Part shown: positions 19,557 to 27,969 of the stretch, piece after piece
How the letters are laid out: every line of letters begins with the position of its first letter
Numbering within the stretch: the stretch's first letter is position 1
From: a virus
Taxonomy: Duplodnaviria; Caudoviricetes
Length of the DNA: 64,000 nucleotides
Virus record (IMG/VR): IMGVR_UViG_3300013113_000858
Coordinates: 796-64,795 of that record
Strand: one strand, 5' to 3'
Translations under genes and position numbers: made by a program
The notes under the pieces: generated by a model
Told to the model about the DNA's origin: nothing
Seen by the model: the letters and a program-made list of their open reading frames with translations, nothing else
Databases searched by the model: none

Positions 19557-21269
19557 TTGAAAATTTTAAATAACAAACCGAAATTACCGGTTCCAAGTGA
19601 AATTATTAAGAGTTTCAAAAAAGATTCTTTAAAGGGTGTAAAGATAACCTTTATTAATATGCCGTTGAGGGAAGCAGCAAAGCCAAATGTGCCACCCGAA
19701 GGTCCATCAATTTTAGCTGCTATTTGTAGAGAGCATGGTGCATCTCCGCATATCATTGACTTAAATGCTTATCGTATGAAGGATAAAGACTCCATTCTAC
19801 GCGACTTACCCAATGGTCGGCATTTAACCTATGCTGAAGCTGAGAATATGTTCTTGAGACACCTAGAGACTGCTGGAGATCAAGACGTTATAGCATTTTC
19901 GGGAAAAATTACAACTCTGCGGTGGCAAGAGCAAATGGCAAAAATAGTCAAAAAACACCAACCTGACTGTTTTCTAGTATCTGGAAATGGTCTTGCCACA
20001 GAAATGAAGTCGGGATTATTTAATTGGATACCAGAACTTGATGCGATTGGTAGATCTGAAGGTGATGACATTATCTTAATAATGTGTCATGACTCTAAAA
20101 TGATTAAACAATATGGATTAACTAGAGCAATTAACGGCGGCCATTTAAGCCCATATCACGTTGGCGAAGTCAATGGAAAATCTCGATTTATTTACCAAGG
20201 AGACAGACCAAAGAACCTTGATTCTTTACCTTACCCCGCATTTGACCTATTAGAAAGTGACCCATATGGGCATAATGTTTTAGAAGATTACATAAAAGTA
20301 CCAGTATGGGGGCTTGCAGCTAACAACAGCTCAGCGACCCCATTTACAATGGAAAGAAGCTTGACAACTGTTAGTAGCAGAGGATGTCCATATGCTTGCG
20401 CCTTTTGTTATCGCGGAGCCCAGGGTGAAAGAAATTATGGTATGCGTAGCAGTGAACATATTGCCCAACAAATTCGCAACTATGTAGATAAATATAATTT
20501 AGATTTTATTGGTTTTCCAGATGATAATTTCGCAGTAGATAAACGTAGAATCAAACGAATGATTCCTGTTTTTAAGAAGTACGGTCTTGATAAGGTTCGG
20601 TGGGGAACACATACGAGAATGGATGAGGCAGATGATCGTGCTTATGATATGGCAGAATCAGGATGCGTTTATATCGGTTTCGGAGCAGAATCAGCAGATG
20701 CAGAAACTTTAACAAATATGAAAAAAGGCGGCTTCATCCTCAAAAATGGTATGGAATCAGTTTCAGTAAATGGTTCTGTTTATGAATTCCCGGTTACGAT
20801 GATGAACGCTATAAAAAATTGTAAAAAAGCTGGCATTCACCCCAACTGTACTTGGATTATGGCTTATCCAGAGGAAAAACTACATAATTTGAAAACCTCT
20901 GTTGCCTTTATTTTGTGGCAACAAGAGTTCTGGTCACAAGGTCTAAACCCCACCACCACAGAATACCAATTAGCCCAAGACGCAGTTAACTCAAAAATGT
21001 TTACCGCAACAGCATATCCTGGAACAGAAATGTGGAAAGTTGTTCGTTCCGATTTAAAAAAACATTTTGATATCAATTTTGATGCAGATGGTAATCCAAT
21101 TTGCGATGATAATCTTCACAATTATGTTTTAGAGTTGGATGATGCAACAAAAATTTTAAATGATAAAGATGGCAATCCAGTTAATTTTGGTTCTATGAAA
21201 ATGGATGATTTCTTGCAAGCTCGCGAACATATCGACAATAATCAGATTGAAAAAATACTTGACATGTGA
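19557..21269 (+). CDS. Cobalamin-binding radical SAM enzyme (class B methyltransferase-like)
   Basis: N-terminal B12-binding-like region (PPEGPSILAA, IDLN, SEGD); SRGCPYACAFC (CxxxCxxC); DDNF, GAES and AYPGT motifs. Confidence 0.88.
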   Translation: MKILNNKPKLPVPSEIIKSFKKDSLKGVKITFINMPLREAAKPNVPPEGPSILAAICREHGASPHIIDLNAYRMKDKDSILRDLPNGRHLTYAEAENMFLRHLETAGDQDVIAFSGKITTLRWQEQMAKIVKKHQPDCFLVSGNGLATEMKSGLFNWIPELDAIGRSEGDDIILIMCHDSKMIKQYGLTRAINGGHLSPYHVGEVNGKSRFIYQGDRPKNLDSLPYPAFDLLESDPYGHNVLEDYIKVPVWGLAANNSSATPFTMERSLTTVSSRGCPYACAFCYRGAQGERNYGMRSSEHIAQQIRNYVDKYNLDFIGFPDDNFAVDKRRIKRMIPVFKKYGLDKVRWGTHTRMDEADDRAYDMAESGCVYIGFGAESADAETLTNMKKGGFILKNGMESVSVNGSVYEFPVTMMNAIKNCKKAGIHPNCTWIMAYPEEKLHNLKTSVAFILWQQEFWSQGLNPTTTEYQLAQDAVNSKMFTATAYPGTEMWKVVRSDLKKHFDINFDADGNPICDDNLHNYVLELDDATKILNDKDGNPVNFGSMKMDDFLQAREHIDNNQIEKILDM

Positions 21270-21275
21270 TAAAAT
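21247..21275 (+). promoter_or_regulatory. Sigma70-type promoter, near-leaderless to the ATG at 21284
   Basis: TTGAAA (21247-21252), 17 bp, TGaTAAAAT (TAAAAT 21270-21275). Confidence 0.55.
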
Positions 21276-21283
21276 ATTATCAT

Positions 21284-22057
21284 ATGAAAAAAGGTGTTTT
21301 TATATCTGTTCGTACAACTTCAACTAGATTACCCAACAAAGCCCTGATGAAAATTGGGAATCTTTCTACGATAGAGCATTTGATAAAAAGGGTAAAGAAA
21401 TCCACTAAAGCAGATCAAATAGTTTTATGCACAAGCGATCAACCAGAAGATAACACCTTGTCTGAATTGGCAAAAAAATGGGAGATAGGATGTTTCAGGG
21501 GAAGTTTAAAGGATAAACTTGATCGGTGGTACAAAGCAGCCGTCGCCTTTGACGTTGATTATTTTGTTAATGTAGATGGTGATGATATCTTTTGTGACCC
21601 CGAGCTTATTGATTTGGCGTTTGATCAATTTGAAAAAGAGGGGCATGATTTTGTAAAGTGCGATGAAGAGAATTTAGTTGTTGGTGCATTCACTTTTGGT
21701 GCAACAAGAAATACGCTAGAAAAAATTTGCGATATGAAAGATACAGATGACACGGAAGCCGCTTGGCTTTCATTTTCAGAACTAGACTTGTTTGATACAA
21801 GAATTTTGTCAAATGTTCCCAAAAAACTACAAAGACCAGACATTCGAGCAACGCTTGATTATCAAGAAGATTTTGAGTTTTTTAAAGCCGTTATAGAACA
21901 TTTTGAAGGTAATAATATAGAGGAATACTCATTGGGAGATATAGTTGAATACCTGGATTCAAATCCAGATATTATTGAAAGTAACCGATTATGTCAAGCA
22001 GCTTATTTACAGAATCAAAAAAAATTAACCAAACTTGTGTTAAAGGAAGAAGGATAA
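21284..22057 (+). CDS. Cytidylyltransferase, SpsF/KdsB/NeuA family (CMP-ulosonate synthetase-like)
   Basis: VRTTSTRLPNKAL, FRGS, VDGDD and TLDYQEDF motifs; start placed at the ATG at 21284. Confidence 0.83.
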   Translation: MKKGVFISVRTTSTRLPNKALMKIGNLSTIEHLIKRVKKSTKADQIVLCTSDQPEDNTLSELAKKWEIGCFRGSLKDKLDRWYKAAVAFDVDYFVNVDGDDIFCDPELIDLAFDQFEKEGHDFVKCDEENLVVGAFTFGATRNTLEKICDMKDTDDTEAAWLSFSELDLFDTRILSNVPKKLQRPDIRATLDYQEDFEFFKAVIEHFEGNNIEEYSLGDIVEYLDSNPDIIESNRLCQAAYLQNQKKLTKLVLKEEG

Positions 22058-22061
22058 AATA

Positions 22062-23276
22062 ATGAAAAACCCAACCAAATATTACGGAAAAGAGCTTGAA
22101 TATTTAAAGAAGGTTCTTGAGTCGGAAAACTGGACATCTACATCTGGAACTTGGAACCAGCTTTTGGAGTCAGAATTTTCAAAGAAGTTTGAATCTGATT
22201 ATGCAATCGCAATGAATTCAGGAACTTCCACCCTACACGCAGCACTGGTCGCGGTTGGTGTCAAACCAGGCGACGAAGTTATCTCACCGGCTCTAACGGT
22301 AATTATGGATACTTCCGCAACAATCCACGCTGGCGCAGTTCCAGTATATGCTGATATTGACCCCGAAACATTCAACATAGACCCAGATGATATAGAGAGA
22401 AAAATAACTTCAAAAACCAAAGCTATTATTATTGTACCGCTTTATGGTTTGCCTTGTAATATGGACAGGATTATGGAAATTTCTGAAAAATATAATATTC
22501 CAGTTATAGAGGATAATGCACAATGCTTTTTAAGTACCTATAAGGGTAAAAAGATCGGAACCTTTGGCGCACTTGCAAGCTATAGTTTTGAAAATTCAAA
22601 ACATATGTCCTGTGGAGAGGGTGGAATTCTTATAACCAACAATGAGGAATACGCCACAACAGCTCGAAAAGTTAGCAACCATGGGTTCAAAAACTCAACC
22701 GCTGTAAATGGTAGAATTAAATTAAACCTAAGTGATTATCAAAATCCAGATTATAAAAGACACGATGAAATTGGGTGGAATTATCGACTATCTGAATTCG
22801 GTGCAGCGATTGCTACAGCTCAATTAGAGAATCTTGAAAATATGGTAGACACCAGAATTGAAGCTTCGCTTCTATTTTTAAATGTGATTTCAGAAACCGA
22901 GTGTGAATATCTGATTCCTCAAAAAATAGATGAAGATGCAATAAATTCATTTTGGACATTCACAGTTGTTTATGAAGGCGAGGAGAAATTGGGAGTATCT
23001 TGGAAAGACTTCCGCGAAAAGTATGTTGAATTCGGTGGTGATGGAATATATTCAGCCTGGAGTGTTCCCTACTTGGAGCCTGTAATGGCCACTGGTGCTT
23101 TTGTCAAAACAAATCCTAAAATTTATAAGAAAACAAGATATGAGAAGGGGCTTTGTCCTGTCGCAGAAGAAATCCAACCAAAGATTATGCAATTTAAGAA
23201 CAACTACCGAGATCTTGAGCTTGCACAAACTAAAGCTGAAGCTCTAAGGAAAACAATTGAATTCTTTCGGAAATAA
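22062..23276 (+). CDS. DegT/DnrJ/EryC1/StrS PLP-dependent sugar aminotransferase
   Basis: NSGTSTLH, IEDNAQ, SFENSKHMSCGEGG (catalytic Lys) and GWNYRL motifs. Confidence 0.92.
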   Translation: MKNPTKYYGKELEYLKKVLESENWTSTSGTWNQLLESEFSKKFESDYAIAMNSGTSTLHAALVAVGVKPGDEVISPALTVIMDTSATIHAGAVPVYADIDPETFNIDPDDIERKITSKTKAIIIVPLYGLPCNMDRIMEISEKYNIPVIEDNAQCFLSTYKGKKIGTFGALASYSFENSKHMSCGEGGILITNNEEYATTARKVSNHGFKNSTAVNGRIKLNLSDYQNPDYKRHDEIGWNYRLSEFGAAIATAQLENLENMVDTRIEASLLFLNVISETECEYLIPQKIDEDAINSFWTFTVVYEGEEKLGVSWKDFREKYVEFGGDGIYSAWSVPYLEPVMATGAFVKTNPKIYKKTRYEKGLCPVAEEIQPKIMQFKNNYRDLELAQTKAEALRKTIEFFRK

Positions 23277-23279
23277 TCT

Positions 23280-23972
23280 ATGAAAAAAATTATTATAACA
23301 GGCTCTCGTGGCTTATTGGGAACTGAGATATCTTCTTTTTTGCGTTCAAAAAACTATGAGATCATAGAATGTGATTTGCAACTAGGTCATGATTTGACAG
23401 ATGAAAATTTTGTCAAAGAATTTTTTAAAAACAATCCGGCAGATGGATTGATTAATTTATATGCGTTAAACCCTCACGTTGATAAAAATGACGAGTCTAC
23501 GAATTTGTTTGACATTACACTAGAATCGTTGAATGCTTATTTGGAGGTAAATCTGTTGAGCCTATTTTCAGTATGTAGGGAATACGCTAGAAACAATAAG
23601 CAAGGATCAATTGTTAATTTTTCTTCAACCTATGGAATTGTTTCACCAAATCCTGCTTTATACGAAGAAAACAAAGAAAAGCACATTGGCTATTGCGTTT
23701 CAAAATCAGGTGTGGTACAATTAAGCAGATATTTGGCAGTGCATTTAGCACCAAATATTAGGGTTAATTGTGTGGCTCCGGGTGGAGTTACCTTTAAGCC
23801 AACAACTGAGCATAGTAAAAAGTTTATAAAACTATATGAAGAAAAAACCCCAATGAAAAGAATGATGAAGGTGGATGAGTTGAACGGTATGGTTAAGTTT
23901 CTGTGCTCTGACGAATCATCCTATGCAACAGGTGGTGTTTTCAACATAGACGGAGGATGGACCATATGGTAG
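23280..23972 (+). CDS. Short-chain dehydrogenase/reductase
   Basis: TGSRGLLG, SSTYG, YCVSK (YxxxK), RVNCVAPGG and DGGWT motifs. Confidence 0.9.
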   Translation: MKKIIITGSRGLLGTEISSFLRSKNYEIIECDLQLGHDLTDENFVKEFFKNNPADGLINLYALNPHVDKNDESTNLFDITLESLNAYLEVNLLSLFSVCREYARNNKQGSIVNFSSTYGIVSPNPALYEENKEKHIGYCVSKSGVVQLSRYLAVHLAPNIRVNCVAPGGVTFKPTTEHSKKFIKLYEEKTPMKRMMKVDELNGMVKFLCSDESSYATGGVFNIDGGWTIW

Positions 23973-24814
23973 ATTTTAACAATTTAGAAGAAGTATATTT
24001 CATTGGTGAGATTGGTATCAATCACAATGGAGATTTGCAGGTCGCAAAAAAATTAATTGATGCGGTGAATGCTTGCAATTGGGATTGTGCCAAATTTCAA
24101 AAACGCAATCCAGATGTTTGTGTTCCTGAACATCAAAAAGGGGTTATGAGGGAGACTCCCTGGGGCACAATGACCTATCTCGACTATAAATATAAGATTG
24201 AGTTTGGCCAAGATGAATTTGATAACATTCAAGAATATTGTGAATCCAAGCCATTAGATTGGACAGCTTCCGTTTGGGATTTAGATAGTTTGGAATTCTT
24301 AAAAGATTATAGGGTGCCTTTTATTAAAATCCCATCAGCTTTGATCACTAAAACAGAATTAGTCGAAGAATCAGCAAAATCCGGGGTTCAGGTAATAATG
24401 TCAACCGGTATGTCCACTCTTGAAGAAATCGATCAAGCAGTGAATATCATAATGAAGAACGGAAAAGATCCTATTATTATGCATACCAATTCTAGTTATC
24501 CAACACCACGAGATGAACTGAATCTAAACTTAATTCCGTTTTACAAGGAACGATATAACTGTACAATCGGTTATTCTGGGCATGAAGAAGATTTGGAGCC
24601 AACTGTCATCGCCGTAGCATTGGGTGCGAAAGTTGTAGAGAGACATATTACTTTATCTCACGAGATGTGGGGGACCGATCAAAAGGCAAGCCTAGAGGTG
24701 ATGGGGATGGATGCTTTGAAAAAACGATGCACAGACATTAATAAAATTTTAGGTTCCTCCGACAAAAAAGTTACAGAAAGTGAACTTCCAATTAGAAAAA
24801 AATTAAGAAGTTGA
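23966..24814 (+). CDS. neuB: NeuB-family nonulosonic acid synthase lacking the C-terminal SAF/AFP domain
   Basis: EIGINHNGD, KFQKR, KIPSA, STGMS, GYSGHE and ERHITL motifs; ends after the barrel at about 282 aa. Confidence 0.92.
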   Translation: MVDFNNLEEVYFIGEIGINHNGDLQVAKKLIDAVNACNWDCAKFQKRNPDVCVPEHQKGVMRETPWGTMTYLDYKYKIEFGQDEFDNIQEYCESKPLDWTASVWDLDSLEFLKDYRVPFIKIPSALITKTELVEESAKSGVQVIMSTGMSTLEEIDQAVNIIMKNGKDPIIMHTNSSYPTPRDELNLNLIPFYKERYNCTIGYSGHEEDLEPTVIAVALGAKVVERHITLSHEMWGTDQKASLEVMGMDALKKRCTDINKILGSSDKKVTESELPIRKKLRS

Positions 24815-24831
24815 TAAATCTATGATAAAAT
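24803..24831 (+). promoter_or_regulatory. Sigma70-type extended -10 promoter, near-leaderless to the ATG at 24840
   Basis: TTAAGA (24803-24808), 17 bp, TGaTAAAAT (TAAAAT 24826-24831). Confidence 0.45.
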
Positions 24832-24839
24832 AGGGAAAA

Positions 24840-25193
24840 ATGGATAACACTATAAAATATGTAGAAAAAGGTTGGGGGTTCGAAAAATGGATTGTTAACA
24901 AGCCTGCATATTGTGGAAAACTTTTATTCTTCCAAAGCGGTAAACGATGTTCATGGCATTTTCATAAGTTAAAAGACGAAGTATTTTACTTGCAATCTGG
25001 CCAAATCCTTGTGAAATATTCAGATGAAGACGAATATTGGCAAGCAAAAGAGATCATTTTAAATCCGGGAGACAATTTCCACGTTTATACAGGATTAAGA
25101 CATCAAATGATAGCATTAGAAGATTCCGAGTTGTTTGAGTTTTCAACTCAACACTTTGATAGTGATAGCTATAGATTAATGAAGGGTGATTAA
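24840..25193 (+). CDS. Cupin, sugar isomerase-like (mannose-6-phosphate isomerase/lyxose isomerase type)
   Basis: KGWGFE, SWHFHKLKDE, GLRH and EFST cupin metal motifs. Confidence 0.75.
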   Translation: MDNTIKYVEKGWGFEKWIVNKPAYCGKLLFFQSGKRCSWHFHKLKDEVFYLQSGQILVKYSDEDEYWQAKEIILNPGDNFHVYTGLRHQMIALEDSELFEFSTQHFDSDSYRLMKGD

Positions 25194-25526
25194 ATGATTA
25201 TATATGTTGATATTGATGAAACAATTTGCGAACATCCAAACACAGACCCTAGCGTTGCTAGAGATTATGAGAAGGCAATTCCAATATTTGAAAACATTAA
25301 TAAAATTAACAACCTATTTGATAACGGTGATACAATAATCTATTGGACAGCGCGTGGTGCAAATAGTGGTTTAAACTGGGGCGAAACAACAAAGAATCAA
25401 TTACAAAAGTGGGGAGCCAAACACACAGAGCTAAAGATGGGCAAGCCACACTACGATTTGTTCATTTGCGACAAGGCTATAAACACAGAGAGATATTTTC
25501 AGGAGAAGAATGATGAAGTTCGATAA
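25194..25526 (+). CDS. Capless HAD-superfamily phosphatase
   Basis: DIDETI (DxD), WTARG, MGKP and ICDKA motifs. Confidence 0.83.
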   Translation: MIIYVDIDETICEHPNTDPSVARDYEKAIPIFENINKINNLFDNGDTIIYWTARGANSGLNWGETTKNQLQKWGAKHTELKMGKPHYDLFICDKAINTERYFQEKNDEVR

Positions 25527-26208
25527 ATCTTGTATAAAAGAGTATTCTAAAACCGATGAAACTATTATTGAAGAAGTTCTTACACAAGACGTGTATGACT
25601 TTCAAAACTGGTCTCCCGTCCGACAACCTAAATTCATTGTAGATGTTGGTAGTCAAATTGGGTGCTTTTCCTTCATGGCTGCTCAATTGTACCCCGATGC
25701 TGAGGTTATCTCATACGAGTTAGACGGCGAAAATTATAATAAATCTATAACAAATTTAGAAGAATTTAAAAATGTTAAGGTTCGCAACAAAGCGGTAATA
25801 GGAAGAACCAAACCAGACGGCATTTGGGAATCTAATAGCACATATAATAGTAAGCCACTATTTAACACGGGTCATCCTTCAATAAATACAAATAATCCAT
25901 ATGGAAAACCGGGCGCACCAAAGCCACTAACTGTTGATTGTATAAATTTTGTTGAAATTTTTGATAAATTTAACATAGATTACATTGACTACCTCAAGAT
26001 AGACTGTGAGGGTAGTGAGTATGAAATTATACCATTTATGGAAGAAAACCTGTTATTGGAACGAGTTTTAACGATTGGTATGGAAATTCACGGTCCAACT
26101 GGGCAAGAAAAACTTACCAACACCTTAAAAAACAATTTTACGAACTTTAAACAAAACGGAAGTATTCTTTTATTTTCGAAGCAAGGAGAAAAATATGCAA
26201 ACTTATAA
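25510..26208 (+). CDS. FkbM-family methyltransferase
   Basis: VDVGSQIG, LKIDCEGSE and MEIH motifs. Confidence 0.88.
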   Translation: MMKFDKSCIKEYSKTDETIIEEVLTQDVYDFQNWSPVRQPKFIVDVGSQIGCFSFMAAQLYPDAEVISYELDGENYNKSITNLEEFKNVKVRNKAVIGRTKPDGIWESNSTYNSKPLFNTGHPSINTNNPYGKPGAPKPLTVDCINFVEIFDKFNIDYIDYLKIDCEGSEYEIIPFMEENLLLERVLTIGMEIHGPTGQEKLTNTLKNNFTNFKQNGSILLFSKQGEKYANL

Positions 26209-26389
26209 ACTATCAAATCAAGCTATTGGTTCAATCATGTTGACACTACAAAAAGGAATTCTAGAGCAAGTAGATATTACCGAGGTCTTACAGAGTTTTG
26301 AACTTGTAGCCGCAGAGGACGAAATCATCGTTCAAAATCCACCAACTTTTCAAGTAGATAAGCCAGAGGATAAAAAACCAGTTGCCTAA
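26195..26389 (+). CDS. Small hypothetical protein
   Basis: AAGGAG RBS before the ATG; fits the operon packing. Confidence 0.65.
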   Translation: MQTYKLSNQAIGSIMLTLQKGILEQVDITEVLQSFELVAAEDEIIVQNPPTFQVDKPEDKKPVA

Positions 26390-26648
26390 ATATTTGTACT
26401 ATTGCACTGGGTGCGAAAAAGAATTTCAAGCATCCCACTCTATCCACAAAAAGCTGGAGGAGTGTGCAATTTGCAATTCTGAAAACAGTCTGATCCGAAA
26501 ACCATCAACTGTTTTCATAGGTAAAAAAATAGACACTTCAAGACCCTCTCAAGTTGGAAATATCGTAAAGCAATCTATAGAAGAATCGAGAGATGAGCTT
26601 AGGCAAGAAAAAGAGAGATTAAAGAAAAGGGAATATAAGAATGACTGA
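26382..26648 (+). CDS. FmdB-like zinc-ribbon protein
   Basis: MPKYLYYCTGC...ECAIC (two CxxC) with the typical MPxYxY start. Confidence 0.75.
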   Translation: MPKYLYYCTGCEKEFQASHSIHKKLEECAICNSENSLIRKPSTVFIGKKIDTSRPSQVGNIVKQSIEESRDELRQEKERLKKREYKND

Positions 26649-27012
26649 AATAGATTTTTTATACGTTATCATTTTTGGAATAGTATTATTCCTATCAATT
26701 TCAGTCAATCTGGTCCTTTTGCTGTATATAAAGAATGTTTTATTAAGGGTATATACAGCTTCCAATCAACTGTCTGAAATATTTACAGTTATGGATGGCT
26801 ATAGAGAGCACTTGAAGTCGATCTATGAACTACCCACTTTTTACGGTGATGATACGTTAACGGGACTACTGAGCCACACAAAAGCAGTTTTTAGTTATTT
26901 GGAAAAATATGAAGAAGTTTATTCTTTTACAAATCCAGATTTGTTAGAGCAATTAGACGCTGCTTCTATGGAACTAGAAAAAAATTATGAAGACCAAGAA
27001 GAAGCGAGCTAA
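26641..27012 (+). CDS. Single-pass membrane protein
   Basis: N-terminal hydrophobic stretch of about 25 aa followed by an acidic helical region. Confidence 0.65.
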   Translation: MTEIDFLYVIIFGIVLFLSISVNLVLLLYIKNVLLRVYTASNQLSEIFTVMDGYREHLKSIYELPTFYGDDTLTGLLSHTKAVFSYLEKYEEVYSFTNPDLLEQLDAASMELEKNYEDQEEAS

Positions 27013-27676
27013 AAAAAAGAAAAATATTTATTTTACCAAGATGCATGAAGAAGCCATCTTGAAATACATTGATTGCCCAGACCGTGAAGAAAGGAATGTG
27101 ATATACAGAGATGTTATCCGCCCCGTCTTTGTGGAGATGATCAATAAAATTGTTTTTACGTATAAATTTACTAACTTACCAAATGTTGACAGCCTTAAAG
27201 ATGAGTGTGAGATTCATCTAATAACAATTCTTAGTAATTTCGACCCATCAAAAGGCTCAAAAGCTTTTTCTTATTTTAGTGTGATTACAAAAAACTGGTT
27301 CATCGCTAAGGTTAAAAAGACTGCAATCCAATTAAGGCGTGAAGCACATTACGATGAAATCTCTAAAAGAGTAGAGATGGACCATCTTGCGATTTATAAT
27401 CAGTATGATGAACAGCGTACAAAGCGTGAATTTATGGAGCATTTGTGGAAAGAGATTGAAAAGTGGGAAAAAGCAAACTTAAAAGAAAATGAAAGAAAAA
27501 TTCTCGAAGCCATTAAAATACTTCTTTCTGATGCTGAAACAATCGAAATTTTTAATAAAAAAGCTATTTATCTTTACATTAGAGAGATCACAAACTTAAA
27601 CACTAAGCAGGTTTTAAACAACCTAAAAAGGTTCAGGCTTGAATATTCTAATTTTAAAACAAAATGGAACGAATAA
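26987..27676 (+). CDS. Phage sigma-factor-like protein (sigma70 region 2; possible late sigma)
   Basis: LSNFDPSKGSKAFSYFSVITKN resembles sigma region 2.2-2.3 (FDxxKGxxFSxY); C-terminal HTH-like segment; lies just before the structural genes. Confidence 0.65.
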   Translation: MKTKKKRAKKKKNIYFTKMHEEAILKYIDCPDREERNVIYRDVIRPVFVEMINKIVFTYKFTNLPNVDSLKDECEIHLITILSNFDPSKGSKAFSYFSVITKNWFIAKVKKTAIQLRREAHYDEISKRVEMDHLAIYNQYDEQRTKREFMEHLWKEIEKWEKANLKENERKILEAIKILLSDAETIEIFNKKAIYLYIREITNLNTKQVLNNLKRFRLEYSNFKTKWNE

Positions 27677-27969
27677 AGAAAGATTTTGAATCACTCACTG
27701 AAGAAGCTCTGGAAAATATCAGAAAAGATCGCGCACAGACTCAAGAGCTTCTTAAAGACTTAGTTAAATATATATCTGGTGATGATCATCGACATAAGGA
27801 AGTCGGCATAACTGCCGCCAAGTATGTTGAAACCTTACAGCGTTCAAATGAACAGCTTGTAAAGATTGTAACAATCAAAGGAAAGCAGGAAACAGGTAAA
27901 CAAGGATTATCCGATGAGGATAGAGCAGAAATCTTCAATCAGTTGAATGAGGCCAATATCGATGAGTGA
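27664..27969 (+). CDS. Hypothetical helical protein
   Basis: Coupled ORF with coiled-coil-like composition. Confidence 0.6.
   Translation: MERIKKDFESLTEEALENIRKDRAQTQELLKDLVKYISGDDHRHKEVGITAAKYVETLQRSNEQLVKIVTIKGKQETGKQGLSDEDRAEIFNQLNEANIDE

Noticed and set aside
4170-26208. Ordinary bacterial LPS/capsule locus
   Set aside because: No wzx/wzy/wzm/wzt, waaL or priming transferase. It is joined to phage genes on both sides by tight spacing or overlaps, with no visible compositional break.
27010-27025. Poly-A runs as programmed frameshift or phase-variation sites
   Set aside because: They encode the Lys-rich N-terminus of an intact ORF, and such runs are common in this AT-rich sequence.
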